A stretch of DNA of 64,000 nt from NCBI RefSeq assembly GCF_004010195.1, contig NC_057758.1, positions 8,840,014 through 8,904,013 of the forward strand, read 5' to 3'. Position 1 is the first letter of the stretch; every line of letters starts with the position of its first letter. Made by a program: the position numbers and the translations under genes. The notes below the pieces were generated by a model. That model did no database searches. It was not told the origin of the DNA and was given only the letters and a program-made list of their open reading frames with translations. Shown piece after piece: positions 50,631 to 63,306 of this stretch. The DNA comes from Chiloscyllium plagiosum. Taxonomy: Eukaryota.

Positions 50631-53061
50631 AGCCCTCGTTTTCCTGCCAGGGCAACACTCAGACAAAACGGTCTCAAGATTAACCATGTTATGATAACGG
50701 ACGTCCAAAACAAACCATGCAGGTACAGACAATTCACTGCATGCCAATAATTCCCATTTTGAAAAACAATCAATCGGAAGTGGACCATGACAGTCAAATA
50801 GGTCATCACCAGAGGACAAAATCGAGCTTCACACAGAAAGAGAACGGCACTACCAGAAAAAATGTCGAAGCAAACCAACAGCAGCTAAGACAACACGACA
50901 AACACTTGGCGAAGGAACCACTCGAACAGACAGGTTACATACACAGGAAAAATCCATACTAGCCAAGGGGCTCAACTACAGGAAGATAAATAGAACATAC
51001 TTTCTAGGTGCACAAGTATATACATTCAGAACTAACAGACTGACCGAAAAGAAACAGCAAACAGTTGGATAAACTATTATACCCTGACGAAAAAGGAAAA
51101 GACGAATGAACAACGGCAACACCACATGGAGAGAAGCCCTAAAAATACTCAAAATTAACAAGGATAGAAGCAGAGCACCAGCAGACAAGGGCAGAATGAC
51201 GGTTATTTTGGAAAAGGCCGAACATATTCAAAAAGCAGAGGAACTACTTGCTGCTAGGACCATCTACCTACAGAACCAGTGTGACCCCACGCTTCTGCTA
51301 ATCAATAAAATTAACAACATTCAACAGGACCTCCAATAAATGGACAAATAATAAGTACTGACTTCTAAGGATGAAACCAAGAATCAACAACACCACAATA
51401 TTTTACGGAGTACCAAAAGTACACGAACCAGACATAACATTTCGATACATTTTGGCACTGACTGGAACTCGATTGTGTAAACTGGCGAAATAACTTGAAC
51501 AAAACCTAAAACATGTCATCTGCGGATCAAAGCAATCCATAGAATCATGACAGGGATTCCGATATAACATCAAGAACGTAATGATAGACAAGGACGAAGC
51601 AATAGTCTTATTTGACATAATGGCACTGTTCACTTTAATTGACAAAGCTCAAACCAGATAGGCAATGGCCAATCTCCAGGATTAGCAGAACGGACAAAAT
51701 TATGGGGACTCTATCAACAAGGATGGAATACTTAAATTACTAGCCCTGTGCTTGACGACATACTTCACATTCAACAACCACATGCAGGAACAAGGCGAAA
51801 GGGAGGACTGCAGATGCTGGAGATTATAGTCGAGTGTGTAGGGCTGGAAAAGCACAGCAGCTCCAGCAGTACCCAAAATGAAGGAAAATTGACGTTTCGT
51901 ACAAACACCCTTAATCTTTCCCAATGATGGCCTTTTGCCTGAATCATCGATTTCCTGCTCGTCAGATGCTGTCTATCCTGCTGTGCCTTTCCAGCATCAC
52001 ACTCTCGACCCATATGTAATAATAGATCAATGGAATATCCTACAGGCACACCCACCTCTTGGCTATTAGCAGAAGCAGTGATTCAAAGACTGGAACAAAC
52101 AACCTTTCCACAAAAGCAACCCAAGCTCTGCATCAGATATGTGAACAACACTTCTGTTCTCATTAAAACAAAGGAAATTGCGAACGCACGCCAACTTATC
52201 AACACCATGGTCACAGAATCAGGTTTCCGATTGCGGAGGAGACCAACAATCAACTCCCATTTCGAGATGTTGTTGTTGAAAGAATACAAAACGGTGAATT
52301 CACCACACAAGGGTATAGCAAAGCCGCGCACAGCGACCAGGCCCTGGACTCCAACAGCAACAACATCAACACAGAGAATAAAAGTTGCATGTGGACACTG
52401 TTCAAAAGGGCTGCATCACACTGCAGCACTCCCAACCGACGAAGTGAAGATGAAGAACACCTCCACAGAGTATTCACCAAAAGCGGATATCCCACAACTA
52501 CATTCGCAGATGTCCAACAGACAACACGACAAAGACATGCCACAACCTAAATCAGTAGCTACTCTACCTCAAATAAAAAACTTCAGAACTGATAATTAGA
52601 TTTTGCCGATTACTGGGATTCATGACATCCCAGACACTGACATCCACGCTCAACCAACAACTCACCAGGAGAAAAGAATCTATACCCATCTTGTGCAAAA
52701 CAGACGTAATTTACAATATGGTATACGAAGACTGCAATCATACGATGAAGGACAATCAGGCAGACAATTAGCAATCTGCATCCACGCACACCAAGTGGTC
52801 AGGAAAAGCCAGATGTCCCAGATAGCCAAGCACACAGGGGACAAGGATCACAAATTCAATTGAGACAACTCAACAGTTATAGGAGATGAAAAACAGAGGG
52901 ATGTGGCATAGTTTCTAAAAGCATGTCACTCATCCACGGACTCCATCACCAAACATAGACCTGAACCCAATCCATGGGTCACTACAAGGAACTACTGGAA
53001 CTGGCAATTGGAAGCATTAGGAACGGAACCAAACAATTTTGAGAAAACACAGTACAGCAAA
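50630..53061 (+). mobile_element. Decayed Poseidon-type PLE (RT and GIY-YIG endonuclease relics)
   Basis: PADKGRMTVIL, FYGVPKVH, ILKLLALCLTTYFTFNN, LLAEAVIQRLE..IRYVNN, VIY..DC..GQSGRQLAICIH.H. Confidence 0.8.
51795..52008. mobile_element. Short fold-back PLE-derived element nested in Poseidon RT
   Basis: Inverted arms gtcgagtgtgtagggctggaaaagcacagcag / ctgctgtgcctttccagcatcacactctcgac. It splits the RT between FTFNN and the following motif. Confidence 0.8.
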
Positions 53062-53561
53062 NNNNNNNNNNNNNNNNNNNNNNNNNNNNNNNNNNNNNNN
53101 NNNNNNNNNNNNNNNNNNNNNNNNNNNNNNNNNNNNNNNNNNNNNNNNNNNNNNNNNNNNNNNNNNNNNNNNNNNNNNNNNNNNNNNNNNNNNNNNNNNN
53201 NNNNNNNNNNNNNNNNNNNNNNNNNNNNNNNNNNNNNNNNNNNNNNNNNNNNNNNNNNNNNNNNNNNNNNNNNNNNNNNNNNNNNNNNNNNNNNNNNNNN
53301 NNNNNNNNNNNNNNNNNNNNNNNNNNNNNNNNNNNNNNNNNNNNNNNNNNNNNNNNNNNNNNNNNNNNNNNNNNNNNNNNNNNNNNNNNNNNNNNNNNNN
53401 NNNNNNNNNNNNNNNNNNNNNNNNNNNNNNNNNNNNNNNNNNNNNNNNNNNNNNNNNNNNNNNNNNNNNNNNNNNNNNNNNNNNNNNNNNNNNNNNNNNN
53501 NNNNNNNNNNNNNNNNNNNNNNNNNNNNNNNNNNNNNNNNNNNNNNNNNNNNNNNNNNNNN
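53062..53561. other. Assembly gap (500 N)
   Basis: Run of N. Confidence 1.
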
Positions 53562-53824
53562 AATATTCATTTATGATCTCACCTATCTGCTGTGGAGCCA
53601 CACATTGATGGCCTTATTGATCTTGAATTGGTCTATTCGCTCCCTAATCACTCGCTTGCTGTTAATGAACTTGTAGATTCTCTTCGGAATCTCTTGAACG
53701 AAAGCTATCTCCAAACCTATTGCCGGTGTCCGAATTTTCCTCTTATATATGCTCCTACAATTTCGATGTTGTGAAAGGGATATTCGTGATCCTAGTCGCA
53801 TATACAGTCAAAAGACGCCTTTTC

Positions 53825-54139
53825 TTAGATTAGGTTCTCTGCAGTGTGGAAACAGGCCCTTTAGCCCAACCAGTCCACAACGACTCTCCGAAGAGTAACC
53901 CATCCCGACCCATTTCCCTCTGACTAATGCACCTAATATTATGGGAAATTTAGCATGATCAATTCACCTGACCTGCACATCTTTGGAATATGGGAGAACA
54001 CCAGAGCACCTGGAGGAAACCCATGCAGACACGGGGAGACTGTGTAAACTCCACACAGACAGTCACCCTCGGCTGGAACCGAATCTGGAACCCTGGCGCT
54101 GTGAGGCAGCAGTGCTAACCACTGAGTCACTATGCCGCC
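53825..54139 (-). mobile_element. HE1/V-SINE (paralog of 38985-39278)
   Basis: tRNA head and V-domain on the minus strand. Confidence 0.9.
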
Positions 54140-55144
54140 TGCGTTCTTTCTTTTCACCAGAGTTTCAATTTATTTAAATATCCAAAGTCTCCTACTCCTT
54201 CCAGCCATGGCTTTCACACTAATCGGAACATGCGGACCATAAACTCGCGTTATCTTGCTCTCCGAAGCCACCCACTTGCTAGTTATCCATTTACCTGAAA
54301 ACAGCTTTACAAACAAATTATAAAATTTCGTATCTAACACCATGGAAATTGGACTTGCCCCAGGCTAAAAAAATAGCCTGTGGACCAGTCCAACTCTTTT
54401 ACATAATTATGTAATGATTAATAGAGTTAATGTCACTGGTCATAAACTGCTACCGCACTAACACCTCAGTCATTTGCCTTGCCTGATTACTCAAGAGATA
54501 TTCGCATTTGCTCTTCCTCTAGTATTGTCGATTGATCAATTTTCTTGAACACACTTGAAGAATTCATTCCCAAACAAGATCTTAACACTGGAAATTCCAA
54601 TCTATGTTTGGAAAGATAAAATCTCCAACTATTTCAACTGTATTATACTTATAGTTGTCTGTGATCTTCCTTCCTCGATATTCCACTGATTATTGAGGGA
54701 TCCGATGTGATCACACGCTTCTTATTTCTCAATTTCACCTAGACGATCCCAAAGGAATACCCTCTCCACATACTGCAGTGAAGTTTACCAAAATGAAGAA
54801 CACCACTCCTCCTGCTCATTTCCTTCCCCTTGTATTCTTCTTGCAACATTTCCATCCTGGGGCATTGAACTTACAGTCTTATCTCTTGCTCAAAGATGTT
54901 TCTGTAATAACTATGATATGCAGTCCGATATTATCATGGATATACTTGTTCATCTTCAATACTTGTTAGGCCTCTCGCGGTAACTAACGAAATGCAATGA
55001 AATAAATTAAGTTTTATTGATAACTCTCCCTCCGTTACACGCCAAACTCTTGCCTGTCTTGTCGATTTAGCTTACTGCTGTACCAGTACCCACGTTATCT
55101 TTGTCCATCGACCTCGATGTTACTCGACATCAGGTCATAATTAA

Positions 55145-58100
55145 ACAACAACGACAAAGAAATTTACAGCACAGAAGCAGGTCCTTCGCCAACACCACTC
55201 CCCAAGACAGAGACGAACGAGATCTACTCTCGAAAAACTTCGCATAATTTTAAGTATGTGTATTCCTCTGCTCAATGCCCATTCAAGTTTTTGTCGATAT
55301 ACATTAAAAAAATGACGTTATCGTACATCCCCCTACCACCTCTGCTGGGAACGCATACCAGGCACTATTGTCCCTCTGTGTAAAGAACGATCTGCACATA
55401 TCTCCCTCAAACTTTTTTCCTCTCAACTTGAACTTGTGACCGCGAGTAATTGAGTCGATCACTCTGTGGGAAAAAAGCATTATGCTGTCCACCCTGTCTT
55501 GGTTAAAGATTGCATGACATCATGTTATCATCCAACAGGTTTATTTGAAAGCACTAACGTTCAACACGCTGCTTCTTCATCAGGTTGCTGACCTGCTGAT
55601 AAAGGAGCAGCGCTCCGAAAGCTACTGCTTCCAAATAAACTCGTTGCACTGTAACCTGATGTTGTGTGATTTTTAAATATGTAAACCCCAGTCCAAGATG
55701 ACAGCTGCAAATCACCCTGTCGACAACCTCTGTCTTCTTAAAGAAAACATCCCCAAACTGCTCAACCTCTGTGCATGGCTAACGCCCTCCATAGCATGCT
55801 GAACCTCCTCTGCACCCTCTAAAAAGCATCCACATTATTTTGGTAATGCCACGACCAGAAACGTGGTCGAACCAAAGACTTATACAACTGCAACATGATC
55901 TGCAAGCACTTTCACTAAATACCCCATCTGATGCAATTCAGCATGTCATATGCCTTCTTGATGATTGTGTCGACCTCCGTTTCTTCCTTAATGGCACGTG
56001 GACGTGAACACGCAGATCTCCCTGTACATCAGTGTTGCCTTGGACTTCAGCATTTACTGTAGAGTTCGCTGTTGAATTGGATGTTCCAAAATGCATCACC
56101 TCGCATTTGTGCGAATTGAACTCCATGTACACCATTTCCAGTCAACTTTCTAAATTATATTCTGCTGCATTCCCTGTCCGTCTCCTTCACTATCTGCTAT
56201 TCCACCAATCTTAGTGTTATTTGCAAATTTGCTAATCAGACCACCTATATCTTCCTCCAACTCACTTATACATTTCACAATCAATAGTGGATCCCAGTGT
56301 GGATCCCAGTGGAACACTGTTCATAGTTTTCAATTTTATGAAACTCCATTCCCTTACTACCCTCTGTCTCCTGCGAACCAAACCATTCTTAATGCATCCA
56401 GCATTTGACCACATGCATCTTCGTTTTCTGCATCAACCTACCAATGGGATCCTTATAAAACGCCTGATTGGAGTCCATGTATATGACTTTGCCACTTCAT
56501 CAAATGATTCTATGAATTTGGTAAGTCATGACCTTTCCTGAACAAACATATGATGCCTATCCCTGATAAGACTATTTTCTTCCAAAAGCAAACAGACCCT
56601 GTTCCTCAATACCTTCTCCAGCAACTTCACTAAGTTTGACGCCAGGCTAACCGGTCTCTAATTACTTGAATTACCCCTGCTACTCTTCCTTAACAACTCG
56701 ACAGCATTAGCAATTCTGCAGTCCTCTGGCAGCCCACAAGTGTTCAAGGAAATTGTAAAGGCATGTGTTAAGCCTCCAACTATTTCCTCTCTCACTGCCT
56801 TCAGGAACCTGGGACAGATCCCATCGGGACTTGGGAACTTGTCCATCTTAATTCCTTTCAGAATTATGAACATTTCCTCCCTATGTAAGCTGCCTTCACC
56901 GAAAGTAATCATTCGTCTATCCTTAAATTCAATATCTGTTATTTCCCTCTCCTCATTAAATACTGGTGCAAAGTGCTCATTAAGAATTTCTCCCATTTTC
57001 AAGAACTCCATGCATAATTTTCCTCCTTTTTTCATCTGTGGGCTGAACTTTTCTTTAGTTGACATCTTGCTCCTCATAGACGAATAAAAGACTTTGGGAT
57101 TTTCCCAAACATCGGTTGATAATGATATTTCATAAGCACCTTGTAGCCCTCTTAATTCCTCGTTTCAGATTGTTCGTCCTTGCTCAATATGTTTCGAAAT
57201 GCTTGTTTGTTTTCAGTCGCCGAATCCTTAGATATGATTTATTTTTCCTCTTGGCTAGACTCACAATTTCATCTGTCATCCATAATTTCGTAACCCTGTC
57301 GTTACTCTCTCTGATTTTCTCTGACAACTGTCTGCAGTGCACTTTAATAAGTCTAGCTGGAAAAGCTTGCCACATATCAAAAGTGGATTTACCTTCAAAC
57401 TGATGTTCTCAAACCACATTCCCCAGCTCCAGCCTAATTTTCCTACAGTTGGCATTCCGCAATTTTGCACTCTTCATTGTGGACCACGCTTGTGTTTGTC
57501 GATGATATTTTAAATTTACAGAATGCTGATCACTGTTTTCCAAAGTAACTCCCTACTGAAATATGAGCCATCTTGCCGGGCTCATTCACCAACACTATGT
57601 CGAGTTTGGTCCCTTTCGAGTTGACATATTTGCATACCGCTGAAGGAAACTTTTCTGGATACTTCTTTCAAATTCTGATTGATCTGGACCTCTAACATTT
57701 AGGGAATCCCGTTCAACAATAGGAAAATTAAAATCTCCAGTCACCATTAACGTCATTCTCCCACATCTTTGTATAATCTGTTTACATATTTGTACTTCTC
57801 TCTCACATTCACTGTTGGGAGGCCTGTAGTACACCGAAACATTGTTCCTGAAGATTTCCTGTTTCTGACCTCTGCCCATATTGCCACACTGCTCGAGTCC
57901 TTCGTACGACCCGGTGTCCAATAGGTTTATTTGAATGTAAAAGCTTTCTAAGTCCTTCTCCTCCGTGAGGTGACTTCAGAAGCTTGTTGATTCCAATAAA
58001 CCATTTGGACTATCACCTGCTGTCATGTTAACGTCTGCCATTGTCTCACCTCGTCCATCACTGGCAATTTCACATCATGTGTGTCGAATGATTTCTGTCC

Positions 58101-58845
58101 CACCATCTTGATAGACGAATTCAAACGCTTCAAAATACTCCTGGGCAAACCTTCCGTCAGGGTATTGATAGTTGTCTCGTTCCAGTGCAAACTTTCCTCT
58201 TGTAATGGTTTGTTGTGTTTCAGAGGAGAATCCAATGATCGAAAAATATGCATCCCCGCCCTCTGCACCGGTTCCTCAGCAACAATTCAACTGCCCCACT
58301 CTCCTCTTTAAGTCTCATGAGCACTGTCACCAGAGATTACTATGCTAATAGTCCATCTTTTAAAACTCTGCCAGACCTGATACACTTCTTATTAATTTTT
58401 TGACATCAATGTGGACAACAGATTTTAGAGTGCAAGGTAAACTTCAAAAATTTGCTCAACCACTTTGAGACGACCTCGATCCTGGCGCCATGAGGCTCTC
58501 ATCGTCCTGGAGTCTCGATCACACCGCAGAAGGGCGTGTCTCGGGCCTGGTTAGTGCGTACCATGCCGCAATTGCCCCTTGGACTTCACCATACACTGCT
58601 TTACAGCAGAGCTAGTCATGATGTCAAAGATCTGGATGCTGTTGATATTGCACCCGAATGGATATATTTCCCCAACAATACAAATTATGTACTTGTTTGA
58701 GATTTGGAACATGAGTTCTACCTGACAATCGGTTCTCATGGTCACCTATCCACCTGAGTGCACCTGTAGTGTGACCAGCTCCAAATTGTGCCTTCTCTTC
58801 GTTCCCCAGTGCATCCAAGTGTTCCTCCAAATTATCCATGCAGTC
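55145..58845 (-). mobile_element. Near full-length decayed CR1 LINE (paralog of 40310-43880)
   Basis: VYYRPPNS..VTGDFNFP (57595-57921); DKFPSPDGICPRFLK (56658-57077). Confidence 0.85.
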
Positions 58846-59159
58846 TGAAAGGAGCAGTCTTTAAGGAAAGGCATTTCATTGATTAACCGAATAATCGATT
58901 ATACAAACGTAACAGTGCTCGCCCATCTCATTCAGATATTTGAGATTCCCCTATACTGAGGTCTACACTAACTACAATTCATGAGATTCATACGTTGTCT
59001 TATTCAAACATAAATAAAACAGACAAGACGTTACCGGTGAAAGTGAAGACTGCAGATGCTGGAGATTCGAGTCGAGAGTAAAGTGCTGGAAAAGCACAGC
59101 GGATCAGGCAGCATTCGAGGAACAGGAGAGTCAACATTTCAGACAAATGTCCTTCATCA

Positions 59160-59731
59160 GGTTTCTGCGGGATTTCGTGCTTGCTAAAATATGCCTGAAA
59201 ATGAAAAGGTTCAGCAGTATAATCAGCAGAAATGGAAGACATGGGGTTAGTAAGTTATGGAGGAACTCGACTATTACACAGACCAGAGAGAACTGGACAT
59301 TGTCCAGTACAACACAAAATCATGGAACTTTCATGCGCTGATACTGACTCGTTCATGCAAAGTACCAGAAAATGTTCTTCATGCTGCTCACCATAGTCAC
59401 TGTTCCAGGACCACGGCTGCCGTTTTCTCACTGTAATATTTAATTCTCAGTTTTTGATAACGTATGGCCACAAATTGATCAAAGTTGAATGTGACCGTGA
59501 ACCAGATAGATCACTCAGTTCATGCATAAAGCAGGACAACGTGGATGTTGCATATGATCAGTTCCAACAGGGAACGAAACGTTACTTGATAAAAGATTAA
59601 CAGATGCCTCAAAATAAGATCGTGAAAAATGACCAGTAGATTTGAAACTGACGTAACCATAGATAATGTGTGATGCAATTCGAAAGACCACATATTCTGC
59701 GAGGTAGGATCCTAATTGCGAGAAGGTTCGC
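59160..59731 (-). pseudogene. GPR139-like GPCR pseudogene exon, lineage B copy 2
   Basis: Near-identical to 44172-44742; CGLSNCITHYL..FTVTFNFDQFVAI..LLTPCLPFLLIILLNLFIFRHILASTKSRR. Confidence 0.9.
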
Positions 59732-60126
59732 TCTGAGGAAAAGATATCAGCATGTTAAGAATGCAGACAACTTGATGGTATGATACCATTCCAAATTAAG
59801 ATTGACTGAATTGTGCTAAGTATACACACAGTGCAAACATATTGATATGGAATAATTGCATTCTAAGAGGCTCGTTGTCTTTCGTGGTATTGTCCAGGGT
59901 TCATGACATGGAAAGCGGAAACAACAGAACAATGACCTTCTGTTCAGAGGATAGCTCCATAATCGAAAGTTATACGTGATTTGATGGGCAGAGATTGAGG
60001 TGAAGATCCATGACTCAAGTTGGTAGTCTGTCGTCGCATTCAGCGCAACCAATTCAGCATTTAGATAAGACATAGCGCAATCATTCTACCTCCCTCAAGT
60101 GCAGAAGCTTTAATTTCCCTGCAACA

Positions 60127-60574
60127 TTGTTGTGGTTCTGTTCGCCGAGCTGGAAGTTTTTGTTGCAAACGTTTCGTCCCCTGGCTGGGAGCCTCCTGCG
60201 AAGCGCTTCTTTGATGTTTCCTCCGGTGTTTATAGTGGTCTGTCCGTGCCGTTTCCGGTTGTCAGTTTCAGCTGTCCGCTGTAGTGGTTGGTATATTGGG
60301 TCCAGGTGATTCATCCACAAACTCCATAAACAAACACATCGACCTGGACCCAATTTTCCAACCACTACAGCGGACAGCTGAAACTGACAACCGGAAGTGG
60401 CAGAGACAGACCACTATAAACACCGGAGGAAACATCAAAGAAGTGCTTCTCAGGAGGCTCCCAAGCACTGATGATGTCGCCTAGCCAGGGGACGAAACGT
60501 TTGCAACAAAAACTTCCAGCTCGGCGAACAGAACCACAACAACGAGCACCCGAGCTACAAATCTTCGCACAAAC
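60127..60574 (+). mobile_element. Young fold-back Poseidon-type PLE terminus, 14-bp TSD; copy 2 only
   Basis: TSD atttccctgcaaca at 60113-60126 and 60575-60588. 60127-60307 is the inverse of 60342-60542. Encodes a C-terminal relic SSTNSINKHIDLDPIFQPL. Empty site at ~46590-46603. Confidence 0.93.
60465..60504 (+). ncRNA. Minimal hammerhead ribozyme motif
   Basis: GCA-CTGATGA-t-GTCgCCT-agcc-AGGgGAC-GAAA-CGTT-TGC: stem I GCA/TGC, stem II with one mismatch, palindromic AAACGTTT. Confidence 0.75.
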
Positions 60575-62949
60575 ATTTCCCTGCAACACATTTTGTCGAC
60601 CACTACTTTTTGCTAACTCCAAGAGCATATCTTTTTGTAATCCTCATTTATTGCTTTCCTATAGCAATCGTGGCTGACCTGATCATTGTCAGCATCGGTT
60701 TCCCTCCTTTTCCCCATGACACTACCTTCAAGGATACCAGCCCACGATACAATTAATGACACTCACTTGCCTGTCCTGTGTAGTGGAAAATTCCACAGCA
60801 GTCATGAATTTTGAAGAATTCCACTGTAACCACGGTCTAGGTATGTTGCTAAGAATACTTCCTCATCTTACCCCTTCCCAAATCATGAACATCATTTACA
60901 AAATACAATCAAGATGTTGATGGAACACTCTTCACTTGACTTAATAGGTGCAGCACCAGTAACACTCGAGAACCTCGACAGCATGCACTACAAAGCATCC
61001 CCTTGATTTGCACCACATCCACAAACATCCATTTCCTCAACGCCCAGGCACGAAGCCAGCAGCGAATAATGTATGCACAATGCATTACAGAAATTTACCA
61101 AAGGCCGTAATACCAGTAGATGAAATAATCCCAGGACTTCTAACATCGAAAATGACAAGGGCAGGAGAGAGATGGAAACAACAAACGTTCCAAGTGCCTG
61201 CCCAAGCTAATCAACATCCTAGCTTGGAATTATAGCATCATAACTTAACTGTCGATGTGTCAAAATGCTGGAATACCCTTCCTGAGGGCATTGTGGATAT
61301 AACGAAGCCAGATAGACTGTAACGGTTCCAGAATGCAGCTGATGCCACCTTCTCAAGGGACGTGCAATAACTGCTGTTCTAGCAAGTGACACCCAGATCT
61401 CACGTGTGAAGTAAAGAAAAATAACCAAATTAAAAAGTTGTTTTGCGATCTATTGATCGGTTATGTGCATTGCGAGATGTTATCAAAGTGTACTCCCCTT
61501 TCCATCACTTTCCTGACGACTTAGGCTGGACTGACAGGTCCACGTTTTCTTCATTCAGGTGCATCAGTGTAAACGATGAGTTATTTTGTCATAAGTGACA
61601 ACGATTACGGTGTTATAATGCGACTAGTCGTTACTCCTCGATCTTTATTGAAGTTAAATACCACCATCTCACAACGATCAGGGATCTGAAGTCCTGACCA
61701 TGATGCGACCACTGTGAGCCACTGTCATTTTCAGCAATATAAATCGTTTCCGATTTTTCCCCATATTTCCTGTGTCCAACAAATCAAATTCCTTGCGCAA
61801 AGCGCTGCTCATTTGTTTCTAAAACCTGATGACGTGCCTCATTGGCGACTTGGACTTATGATTTTGTAGTTAATAGGTGAGACATTTCAGTGCGTTCTAT
61901 TTTTCACGTTCTGTCCATAAGATGACAACAGATAAATTCAGAAGTAGGCTACGCAAGCCATCGAGTCTGCCCTGCCACTCAATGTGTTCATGGCTGGCCT
62001 GATCATGTTCACCTCCACTTTCCTGCCTTCTCGCCCTCACCATTACTCGCTTTAATAATTTAAAAAAATGTTAGTGAACCAGCTTCCACAGCTTCCACAG
62101 CCATCTCTGGCAAAGAAAGTTACAGAATCACTACACTCTAAAAATAAATGTTTCTGCATCGTTCTCTGCAATAGGTGAGACCTTTTCCTCAGATTTGGCC
62201 CTCTTCTGTCGCCTCAGCCACACGGAGAAACAATGTATCCACCCCTATTCTGTCAAGTGCTCCAAGAATCGCATTTGTAACAATAAGGAGCCGTCTCAGT
62301 CTTCTACACACCGACTGGTCCAGTCCAACGCTATTCAAGCGATCCTGAATACAGAGTCCACACAGTCTTGGGACCAGCTCTGCACTTCATTCAATTCCAG
62401 TGTCCGTGTAATGGGTATTTGATGGCTACGTTGCAGGATGCTGCTCTCTCCATAACAAGAAGAGAGGACAGCGGGAGTTGAAGTTACTGCCCTACAATCC
62501 TGCCACTATGTGTAACTCAGCATAGTCAGACTGTAAGGCTCCGTGGTGAAGTATTGTGCATCAGTGAAGGTGGCATTCAAGACGAATATTGTACGGTTAT
62601 TGGGATAGAAGGCATGAGAGATGGAGGCAGGAGATTGGAGCAAGGCAATTGAATCGTAACACAGTCGCCACTGGCTGATCGGCTTCGTTCTGTGCCACAA
62701 CATGCTATCTTTCGGGCATCTCTTCTTCACCTTTGAACAGGTATTCACTTTGGCTGTGGCAAGGACAACGGCAGCTACAGACTGAGCGTGTGCACCGAGA
62801 ATGCGGTTCAAACGAATGGCAAGTGTTTCTTGCTCTTGGAGTATGACAAGCCCTTGGCAGCTACTATTTGAACGGAGTGAAAAGCCTGAAGCTCTGCTTG
62901 ACACTAAATGCGGTCTCTCCGCGATTGTGTCGCTGTCAAAGAACAATGC

Positions 62950-63306
62950 ATAGAATCACAGAATCCCGACAGTCTGGAAAAAGGCCTTTGGCCAACAAGT
63001 CTGTGCCAACCAGCGGAAGAGTAACCAACACAGAGCCATTCACTTCCCCTCTTCCTCTTCATTTACTCCTGACTAATGCAAGTAACCTACACACTCTGCA
63101 CACTATAGCCAAATTATCATTTTCAATTAAACTGAACTGAAGAGCTTTGCATATTGGGAGGAAATCGAAGCAGCCGGCGGAAATCCACACAGACATGAGA
63201 GAAAATGGCACGCTCCACAAAGCTAATCACCCGAGACTAGGATCGAACCCGAGTCTCTGCTAATGTGAGGCAGATGTGCTTAGGATTGACCCACTGTGCA
63301 GACCCA
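62950..63306 (-). mobile_element. Old HE1/V-SINE, complete
   Basis: Tail catagaatcacagaatc, CR1-like 3' end, degenerate V-domain and tRNA head. Confidence 0.75.
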
